Shown here piece after piece: positions 57,672-64,000 of a stretch of 64,000 nucleotides of DNA. The stretch is from Clostridia bacterium. GTDB lineage: Bacteria > Bacillota > Clostridia > RUG12999. The DNA lies in contig JAZROP010000020.1 of the NCBI GenBank assembly GCA_045648785.1, forward strand, positions 2,968 through 66,967. The letters run 5' to 3'. Position 1 is the first letter of the stretch, and each line of letters starts with the position of its first letter. Below the pieces are notes generated by a model. It was not told where the DNA came from, did not search any database, and saw only the letters and a list, made by a program, of their open reading frames with translations. Position numbers and translations under genes: made by a program.

Positions 57672-58270
57672 TTTTTCTTCTCCTTTACAATCTGTTTTGA
57701 TACAAGCTCGCATGCTTTGGGTAGTATAATCCATTCAGCCTGCTGCATAACGCGTTTCTGCAAGGTTTCAGGAGTATCTTTTGGACGGATTTTAACAGCT
57801 TTTTGTGCAATGATTTTTCCTCCGTCAGGAATTTCGTTTACAAAATGAACGGTTGCACCCGTAACCTTAACGCCGTATTTAAGTGCTTCTTCATGAACTT
57901 TAAGTCCATAATACCCTTTTCCGCAGAAAGAGGGGATAAGTGCCGGATGAACATTAATGATACGATTTGCAAAACGGGAGGTAAATTTCTTGGAGAGAAT
58001 TTTCATAAATCCCGCAAGAACAATCAAATCAATTTTTTCATCTTCTAATTTTTTTATAAGTTTATCCTCAAAATCAGGAGCCTTGGACGGAATAACCGCG
58101 GTGGCAATGTCGGCATTTTTTGCACGGGTGAGAGCATAGGCTTCCGGATTGCCCGAAAGGACAAGGGAAATTTCACCGCTTTTTATAACGCCGCTTTTTT
58201 GAGCATCTATCATTGCCTGCAGATTAGTTCCTCCACCCGAAACGAGGACTGCAATTTTTGCTTTCATCAT
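57668..58270 (-). CDS. purN: phosphoribosylglycinamide formyltransferase
   Basis: [15 protein letters not shown] is the GART N-terminus, and a formyl-transferase fold follows. Confidence 0.85.
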   Translation of the reverse strand: MMKAKIAVLVSGGGTNLQAMIDAQKSGVIKSGEISLVLSGNPEAYALTRAKNADIATAVIPSKAPDFEDKLIKKLEDEKIDLIVLAGFMKILSKKFTSRFANRIINVHPALIPSFCGKGYYGLKVHEEALKYGVKVTGATVHFVNEIPDGGKIIAQKAVKIRPKDTPETLQKRVMQQAEWIILPKACELVSKQIVKEKKK

Positions 58271-59301
58271 ATAATAACTCCTGCATCGCCTTTAACGATT
58301 TCTCCAATGATGTAAGCGTCTTCACCTGCAGATTTAAGAATTTCGAGAGATTTTGCCGCATCCTCTGCCGAAACAACAATGCTCATGCCAACGCCCATAT
58401 TAAAGGTGTTGAACATATCGCGCTCAGGAATGTTTCCACGCTTTGCAATAAGGTCGAAAATGGGAAGGATTTTAAGGGCAGATTTATCAATCTTAGCGGA
58501 ATAGCCGTCCGGCAGACTGCGCGGAATATTTTCGTAAAAGCCTCCGCCAGTGATGTGAGAAATTGCCTTAACTCTAACTTCGTCTAAAAGTGCAAGTACA
58601 GGTTTTACATAAATTTTTGTAGGAGTGAGAAGTGTTTCTCCAATGGATTTGCCGCCAAGCTCAGCGAGAGGACTGGTGATGTCGCCATTTTCAACATCAA
58701 GCACTTTTCTTACAAGAGAAAAACCATTTGAGTGAACACCGGACGAGGGAAGTGCAATTATAACATCACCCTCTGTTACAGTGGAGTTATCTAAAATTTT
58801 ATCTTTGTCAACCACGCCCGTGGAATAACCTGCAAGGTCATATTCGTTTTCAGGATAAAATCCGGGCATTTCAGCAGTTTCACCACCGATTAAAGCTGCA
58901 CCTGCCTGAACACAGCCCTCAGCTACACCAGATACGATTGCAGCAACTCTTTCGGGACAGTTTTTACCCACTGCTATGTAGTCAAGGAAAAAGAGAGGTT
59001 TTGCACCGCTGCAGATAATATCGTTAACGCACATTGCAACGCAGTCGATACCTACGGTATCATGCTTGTCCATTTTAAATGCTATTTTAAGTTTTGTACC
59101 AACGCCGTCAGTACCGCTTACAAGAACAGGTTTATTTATTCCTTCAAGGTCAAGCTCAAACAGACCGCCAAAACCGCCTATTCCGCTTAAAACCCCGGGA
59201 GTAACAGTTCTTGCAATATGGGTTTTCATAAGCTCAACTGCTTTGTAGCCGGCAGTAATGTCAACCCCGGCATTTTTATAACTTTCGCTAAAACTTTTCA
59301 T
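58267..59301 (-). CDS. purM: phosphoribosylformylglycinamidine cyclo-ligase (AIR synthetase)
   Basis: SYKNAGVDI...GIGGFGG is the PurM signature. Confidence 0.9.
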   Translation of the reverse strand: MKSFSESYKNAGVDITAGYKAVELMKTHIARTVTPGVLSGIGGFGGLFELDLEGINKPVLVSGTDGVGTKLKIAFKMDKHDTVGIDCVAMCVNDIICSGAKPLFFLDYIAVGKNCPERVAAIVSGVAEGCVQAGAALIGGETAEMPGFYPENEYDLAGYSTGVVDKDKILDNSTVTEGDVIIALPSSGVHSNGFSLVRKVLDVENGDITSPLAELGGKSIGETLLTPTKIYVKPVLALLDEVRVKAISHITGGGFYENIPRSLPDGYSAKIDKSALKILPIFDLIAKRGNIPERDMFNTFNMGVGMSIVVSAEDAAKSLEILKSAGEDAYIIGEIVKGDAGVII

Positions 59302-59331
59302 GATAGATACCTTAGCCTTTCTATATTAATC

Positions 59332-60777
59332 TTATTCTTTACCATTCCAACAATAAGTGCAAAGCTGACTTTCGTCAAGACCTATTGACTTTATAATGCC
59401 TTCCAATGATTGGAATTCCAATGATGCAAATTTGAGTTTTTCGCAAATTCTTTTTCTTAAGTTTTTTCCACGCTCTGTTGCAGAGTCGCTGTATTCGCTG
59501 ATGTAATTTAGTCCATCTTCACCCTCAAGCTCTACGATAATTTGGCGAGCGATAAGCTCCATTTCGCTTGTGGCACGAGAAAAATTGAGATATTTGCAAG
59601 CATACATTATGGGAGGACATGCAGAACGCATGTGCACCGATTTTGCTCCGTTTTCATAAAGAAAATCAACAGTTCCTTTAAGTTGGGTTCCCCGAACAAT
59701 GGAATCATCAACGAAAAGAAGATTTTTATCCTGAATAAGCTCGTGTACAGGGATTTGTTTCATTCTTGCAACCTTTGTTCTTTCCTTCTGACTTGCAGGA
59801 GTAAAGCTTCTCATCCAGGTTGGAGTATATTTGATGAAAGGTCTTGCAAAAGGAATTTTGCTTTCGTTAGCATATCCGATTGCGTGGGGGGTTCCCGAAT
59901 CGGGTACGCCACCGACATAATCAACATTTTCTGCGTTGCCTACCTTTTTATCGTGCTCTGCCATAATCTGACCGTTGCGGTATCTCATTGCCTCAACATT
60001 AATGCCTTCATAACAGGAAGTGGGATAACCATAGTAGCTCCACAAAAAAGCACATATTTTCATTTTATCTCCCGGAGGATTAAGTTGAGTAACGCCATCA
60101 AGAGTTATTTCAACAATTTCACCCGGGCCGAGTTCTTTTTCTAATTCATAACCAAGCTTCTGATACGCAAACGACTCAAAAGAAACGCAGTAGCCGCTTT
60201 CTTTTTTGCCGATTAAAATAGGAAGTCTGCCAAGACGGTCTCTTGCAGCAATAAGGGTTCCGTCGTTTTTTAGTATCAGGATTGAGGCAGATCCGTCAAT
60301 AACGCTCTGTGCAAATTTAATTCCATCAACGAAGCTCGATTTCTGGTTAATAAGTGCGGCAACAAGGTCGGTGGAATTTATTTTGCCACCTGTCATTGTG
60401 CCAAAATGACCGCCGGATGAAATATATTTTTCAATCAGTTCTTCGGCATTGTTGATCATGCCGATGGTTGTAATGGCATAAATGCCAACATTTGAACGGA
60501 TTAAAAGAGGTTGCGGGTCAGTATCGCTTATACAGCCGATAGCTGATTTGCCGCGCATTTCCTCGAAAATGTGTTCAAACTTAGTTCTGAAAGGAGAGTT
60601 TTCGATGTTGTGTATATCTCTTTGCAGACCAATTTCAGGGTCATAAGCTGCCATACCGCCCCTGCGTGTACCCAGGTGAGAATGATAGTCTGTACCAAAA
60701 AAAACATCTGAAATTGCATCCTCTTTACATATTGCTCCAAAAAAGCCGCCCATAAATTTCTGTACCTTTCTGCCCAC
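59332..60777 (-). CDS. purF: amidophosphoribosyltransferase-like protein (PRTase domain intact; N-terminal glutaminase domain atypical)
   Basis: The C-terminal PRTase motifs are present (GVPDSG, LLFVDDSIVRGTQ). The N-terminal region aligns to the PurF Ntn domain (FFGTDYHSHLGTRRGGMA vs YYGLHSLQHRGQEGAGIV), but the residue aligned to the Cys1 nucleophile is Gly (MGGFFGAI vs CGVFGIWG). The alternative internal start is at 60753. Confidence 0.8.
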   Translation of the reverse strand: MGRKVQKFMGGFFGAICKEDAISDVFFGTDYHSHLGTRRGGMAAYDPEIGLQRDIHNIENSPFRTKFEHIFEEMRGKSAIGCISDTDPQPLLIRSNVGIYAITTIGMINNAEELIEKYISSGGHFGTMTGGKINSTDLVAALINQKSSFVDGIKFAQSVIDGSASILILKNDGTLIAARDRLGRLPILIGKKESGYCVSFESFAYQKLGYELEKELGPGEIVEITLDGVTQLNPPGDKMKICAFLWSYYGYPTSCYEGINVEAMRYRNGQIMAEHDKKVGNAENVDYVGGVPDSGTPHAIGYANESKIPFARPFIKYTPTWMRSFTPASQKERTKVARMKQIPVHELIQDKNLLFVDDSIVRGTQLKGTVDFLYENGAKSVHMRSACPPIMYACKYLNFSRATSEMELIARQIIVELEGEDGLNYISEYSDSATERGKNLRKRICEKLKFASLEFQSLEGIIKSIGLDESQLCTYCWNGKE

Positions 60778-60842
60778 GGTAGATTGTTTTATTAAACGAA
60801 CATACGCCTCTTGCCGCGGGCGGGCAGGGGCGTATGGTAATA

Positions 60843-61337
60843 TTAATTGTTGTATTTTTGCGAAACAGTTGAGTCTGCATCAAGAACTTTTGAAGCTGCC
60901 AATTTTCTTTGAGCATCAAGCTTTGCAGCCAGAGCTGAATCGGAAACTGAAAGAATTTGCATTGCGAGAAGTGCTGCGTTTACAGCACCATCAATTGCAA
61001 CTGTGGCAACAGGAATTCCTGATGGCATCTGAACAGTTGATAAAAGAGCATCCAGTCCGTCAAGAGTAGATGATTTAACAGGCAAACCTATAACAGGCAG
61101 CGTTGTACAAGCCGCTACCGCACCTGCAAGATGAGCCGCCTTACCTGCGGCAGCTATGATAACACCAAAATCGTTTGCTCTGGCGTTTTCTGTAAATTCG
61201 CGAACCTGCTGCGGAGTACGATGAGCCGAATATACATGAACCTCACAGGGAACTGAAAAATCTTTTAAAGTATTAATAGCTTTTTCAACAATGGGTAAGT
61301 CGCTGTCGCTACCCATGAGAATACCAACTTTTTTCAT
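60843..61337 (-). CDS. purE: phosphoribosylaminoimidazole carboxylase catalytic subunit / class-II PurE type (no purK present)
   Basis: The internal start MKKVGILMGSDSDLPIVEKA is the PurE signature. It is the first gene after the leader. Confidence 0.85.
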   Translation of the reverse strand: MKKVGILMGSDSDLPIVEKAINTLKDFSVPCEVHVYSAHRTPQQVREFTENARANDFGVIIAAAGKAAHLAGAVAACTTLPVIGLPVKSSTLDGLDALLSTVQMPSGIPVATVAIDGAVNAALLAMQILSVSDSALAAKLDAQRKLAASKVLDADSTVSQKYNN

Positions 61338-61364
61338 TTGTAAACACAACCTTTCTGAAAGATT

Positions 61365-61400
61365 AAAAAGGGCAGACCTATACTGCTATAGATCTGCCCA
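61365..61400 (-). terminator. leader intrinsic terminator (riboswitch expression platform) upstream of purE
   Basis: On the minus strand, gggcagatctatag-cag-tataggtctgccc is followed by UUUUU. The 5' arm overlaps the 3' pseudoknot strand of the aptamer. Confidence 0.6.
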
Positions 61401-61466
61401 GACGGTCGACATTTTTATATTTTTTGCTCCCCGGCAGTTACAATCTGCCAAATCCGTCAGTTGCAA
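61394..61466 (-). promoter_or_regulatory. ZTP (pfl-motif) riboswitch aptamer in the pur operon leader
   Basis: The minus-strand RNA reads uugcaa-CUGACGG-[P2 hairpin ggcag-auuguaa-cugcc]-GGGGAGCaa-(19-nt linker)-CCGUCUGGGCAG. Against the pfl consensus GACUGGCG...P2...GGGGAGCG...CCGCCUGGGCA, the pseudoknot pair GACGG/CCGUC covaries with consensus GGCG/CGCC. Confidence 0.65.
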
Positions 61467-61493
61467 AAAACAGTAAAATATTATTATAAGTAT

Positions 61494-61522
61494 AGTATAT
61501 AAGAAAAAGAGAATAATGTCAA
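61494..61522 (-). promoter_or_regulatory. sigma-A promoter of the pur operon
   Basis: On the minus strand, TTGACA, a 17-nt spacer, then TATACT, about 30 nt upstream of the aptamer. Confidence 0.5.
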
Positions 61523-61586
61523 TGTTATTTTTTCATAAAAATAGACAATATTTTATTAAATTTTACCCTAAAATTTGCTTAAAACA

Positions 61587-61615
61587 AAAAGAACCCCTGA
61601 TGAGGGGGTTCTTTT
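61587..61615 (-). terminator. intrinsic terminator after the amine-oxidase-N-domain gene
   Basis: aaaagaacccc-tgatga-ggggttctttt, read on the minus strand with the T-tract downstream. Confidence 0.65.
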
Positions 61616-61626
61616 AGGAGTCTGTT

Positions 61627-62547
61627 TTAGTCTGCATTAATGGAAAGCAGGTCGAAAATTTCTGCTGTTACATAAGTTTTGGAATCAACAATTACAGGGA
61701 AGTTTTCTTCTTTCTGACCTTCGAACATTGCTTCACCAATTTTTATTCTTACAATGTTTTTTGTTTTGCCCGCAATATCAATGCTCCAGTCAGCATCGTT
61801 CCAGTTTACTGTGTAACCGAGAGTTTCCAGAACATGTCGGAGAGGAAGTCTACGAGCGGAAGCATCGTCAAAAAGTGCAGAGTCAGCATATTCAAAGGTG
61901 TGCTCACCAACTACAACTTCATTTTCGTTTTTTACTTCTTCTGCAAGAGAAAGAACTGCAATTTTTTCAGCAGGAACATGAGCAGGGAGGCTCATACCTA
62001 CAACTGATGAAAATGCAACAATTTCAGAACCGGGAGTAATATCTGAAGCTTTCAGTGCAATTCTGATTTTGTGTGCGATTACAGGAGTTTCGTCTGTGTA
62101 AACGATTTTGTTATTACCATCTTTTGAGAAAATCTCGCCCTTTTCATTTGTATCCACAACTGCATAAATGGGAGCAGAAGAGGATTTTTCTGTATTTACA
62201 AACACATAATATGCATATGCCTGAGGGGGAAGACTTCTTGTTGTCATAGAACTTGCTACAACTGTTACAGCATCGTCTTTTTTAATTGTTTCAACAGGGT
62301 TTAAGTCGTAATCGCAGATGTAAGTATTCTCGTCCATATTGAACTGAAATTCTTTTTCGCCGATAACAATGGAGCCTTCATTTACTTCAGTTACAACACC
62401 GTTGTAAGAAATTTTTGTGTCTGCTACTTCAACTTTTTCTTCTGCTTCAGAAATGAGCATGATGTCATTTTTTACAGTTTCAGTTGCATAAGCAGCTGGG
62501 ATGAGTGCGAGCATAGCCGCGAGTGATAAAGAAATAAATTTTTTCAT
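61627..62547 (-). CDS. secreted protein with C-terminal copper-amine-oxidase-like N-terminal domain (Cu_amine_oxidN1)
   Basis: The internal start MKKFISLSLAAMLALIPAAYA is a signal peptide after a GGAGAAT RBS. The C-terminal VLETLGYTVNWNDADWSIDIAG...KTYVTAEIFDLL matches the PF07833 stalk domain common in Clostridia. Confidence 0.55.
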   Translation of the reverse strand: MKKFISLSLAAMLALIPAAYATETVKNDIMLISEAEEKVEVADTKISYNGVVTEVNEGSIVIGEKEFQFNMDENTYICDYDLNPVETIKKDDAVTVVASSMTTRSLPPQAYAYYVFVNTEKSSSAPIYAVVDTNEKGEIFSKDGNNKIVYTDETPVIAHKIRIALKASDITPGSEIVAFSSVVGMSLPAHVPAEKIAVLSLAEEVKNENEVVVGEHTFEYADSALFDDASARRLPLRHVLETLGYTVNWNDADWSIDIAGKTKNIVRIKIGEAMFEGQKEENFPVIVDSKTYVTAEIFDLLSINAD

Positions 62548-62737
62548 TTTTCTATTCTCCTTTTTTGTTTTTCTGTATGTAATACTTGCCGGAATGGCAA
62601 AAGGTTGCATGGAGTTAAAAAATTTTTTAAGTTTGACAAAGAATTTACTGTATGCTATAATTAAAAACTGGAATTACATATATTATTGTATATTTTTTGT
62701 CCGGATAAATCAAGTACTAAAAACGGAGAGTTGAGCC

Positions 62738-63343
62738 ATGTATAGAAAGTACATTAAACGCTTGTTTGATATAATATGTGCTGTTGCTGCGCTTATAGTT
62801 TTTTTGTGGCTTTATATAATTATTGCCCTGATTGTGAGAGCTTGCCTTGGGGGACCGGTAATTTTCAAACAGAAGCGTACAGGGTATAAAGGGAAAACAT
62901 TTACACTTTATAAATTCAGGACAATGACAGATAAAAGAGATGCTTCCGGGAATCTGTTGCCTGACAGCAAACGGTTGACGGGACTAGGTAAATTTTTGAG
63001 AAAGGCAAGCCTTGACGAGCTCCCGCAGGTATTTAATATTTTAAAGGGTGATATGAGCGTTATAGGACCAAGGCCGTTTATAGCGGAGCTTGCACCATAT
63101 TATACAAAAGAAGAAATGCGAAGATATGATGTAAGACCAGGACTTTCCGGACTGGCACAGGTAAGCGGTAGAAACAACCTTTCGTGGGAAGAAAAATTTA
63201 AATTTGACCTTATATATGTTGACAACATTACTTTTAGTACAGATTTAAAAATAATATTGAAAACGATAGGGGAAATATTTAAAAATAATGATAATGAACC
63301 CGGGGATGAAAGTGTGCTGGAAAGCTTTTTGAATAGTAGATAA
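62738..63343 (+). CDS. undecaprenyl-phosphate sugar phosphotransferase (small bacterial sugar transferase, WbaP C-terminal / PglC-like)
   Basis: It has RLFDIICAVAALIVFLWLYII...GGPVIFKQKRTG..G..F.LYKFRTM...DELPQ..NILKGDMSVIGPRP, the PF02397 signature. Confidence 0.85.
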   Translation: MYRKYIKRLFDIICAVAALIVFLWLYIIIALIVRACLGGPVIFKQKRTGYKGKTFTLYKFRTMTDKRDASGNLLPDSKRLTGLGKFLRKASLDELPQVFNILKGDMSVIGPRPFIAELAPYYTKEEMRRYDVRPGLSGLAQVSGRNNLSWEEKFKFDLIYVDNITFSTDLKIILKTIGEIFKNNDNEPGDESVLESFLNSR

Positions 63344-63362
63344 GTGTTGGAAATTGAGGTGC

Positions 63363-64000
63363 ATGTGGTTGAATATTTTGTTTTTGACAATAGCAAGAAT
63401 GCACAATCTGGAGGAAAGGGGTATTTACCCTGATTTGTTCAGAAAATTTGTGGAAAAAGGGCATAATGTTTATATTGCCTCTCCTGCTGAACGAATGACA
63501 AAAGAAAAAACAAATCTGAAAAAATATGACGGGTACAGTGTTTTGCGCGTTAAAGTGGGTAATTTTCAGAAAACAAATATGATTGAAAAGGGAATTTCCA
63601 CACTTTTTATAGAAACACATTTTCTTTCAGCAATAAAAAGATATTATAACGATGTAAAGTTTGATGCGGTTGTCTATGCAACGCCCCCCATGACCTACCC
63701 CAATGTAGTAGACTACATAAAAAAACGTGACGGTGCAAAAATTTATCTTCTTCTTAAAGATATTTTTCCGCAGAATGCAGTTGACATCGGGTTGTTTAGT
63801 GAAAAAAGTCTTATATATAAATACTTTAGAAAAAAGGAAATAAGGATATATAAGCAGAGTGACAGAATAGGATGCATGTCACAGGCAAATGTGGACTTTT
63901 TACTTAAGCATAATAATTTCATTGATGAAAATATAGTTCACATTTCTCCCAACTGTATTGAATACACACAGCCGGAAAAAGTTGACAGGTCCCAAATAAG
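63363..64000 (+). CDS. GT4-family glycosyltransferase, N-terminal part (runs off the window end)
   Basis: The ATG at 63363 opens an uninterrupted reading frame to the window end. MWLNILFLTIARMHNLEERGIYPDLFRKFVEKGHNVYIASP...KKRDGAKIYLLLKDIFPQNAVDIG matches the GT4 N-terminal domain of capsule/EPS glycosyltransferases. It is absent from the ORF track because no stop falls in the window. Confidence 0.7.
   Translation, partial: MWLNILFLTIARMHNLEERGIYPDLFRKFVEKGHNVYIASPAERMTKEKTNLKKYDGYSVLRVKVGNFQKTNMIEKGISTLFIETHFLSAIKRYYNDVKFDAVVYATPPMTYPNVVDYIKKRDGAKIYLLLKDIFPQNAVDIGLFSEKSLIYKYFRKKEIRIYKQSDRIGCMSQANVDFLLKHNNFIDENIVHISPNCIEYTQPEKVDRSQI

Noticed and set aside
61350-61530. Guanine riboswitch in the pur operon leader, as in the B. 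subtilis purE leader
   Set aside because: The conserved purine-aptamer junction sequences are absent. The leader fits the ZTP/pfl architecture instead, so it was reported as ZTP.
1-64000. CRISPR arrays, transposases, integrases, restriction-modification or other recognisable defence systems
   Set aside because: I found no short direct-repeat/spacer arrays, no DDE or tyrosine-recombinase-like ORFs, and no defence-associated domain signatures in any frame. Mobility of the tRNA-adjacent modules is therefore only inferred from context.

Overview
This window looks like AT-rich Firmicutes (Clostridia-like) chromosome, with genes packed on both strands. From start to end it contains the following.

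- A 3'-truncated M20 amidohydrolase.
- A spoVAD-spoVAE sporulation pair.
- An mglBAC-type sugar ABC transporter.
- A compact four-gene polysaccharide-type accessory module: a Wzy/O-antigen-ligase-like membrane protein, a PF14907-like nucleotidyltransferase, an EIIC-like membrane protein and a GT2 glycosyltransferase. It ends at a lone tRNA-Val(GAC), which is followed by a BspA-type leucine-rich-repeat surface protein.
- pepD, an OPT oligopeptide transporter with a coupled bPH-domain ORF, and sdaA.
- A YitT-family membrane protein on the minus strand.
- A Y-family polymerase/YolD pair behind a LexA (Cheo) box.
- A metal-resistance module (HMA chaperone, CadA-like P1B ATPase, ArsR/SmtB regulator, TSCPD protein) behind a promoter with a 12-2-12-like operator palindrome.
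- A LysR regulator and an AgcS symporter.
- A DUF975-family membrane protein and RNase J on the minus strand.
- A long co-directional housekeeping cluster: U32 peptidase, NusG-II protein, Gx transporter, maf, mreBCD, mrdA, minCDE, mgsA, rho and dacB.
- xpt.
- ylxM-ffh-rpsP-KH-rimM, ending without trmD or rplS.
- A convergent MarR operon with two ABC exporter genes.
- spoIVA.
- A nine-gene minus-strand purine operon, purE-purF-purM-purN-purO-purH(AICARFT-only)-glyA-purD-purL. Its leader reads as a sigma-A promoter, a ZTP (pfl-motif) riboswitch and an intrinsic terminator. Its PurF has Gly where the N-terminal Cys nucleophile should be.
- A secreted copper-amine-oxidase-N-domain protein on the minus strand, then the start of an exopolysaccharide locus (priming sugar transferase and GT4).

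I saw no CRISPR array, transposase, integrase or recognisable defence system. The findings I rate highest are the ZTP-riboswitch-controlled pur operon with split PurH/PurO, the atypical PurF, and the tRNA-flanked polysaccharide and nucleotidyltransferase island.
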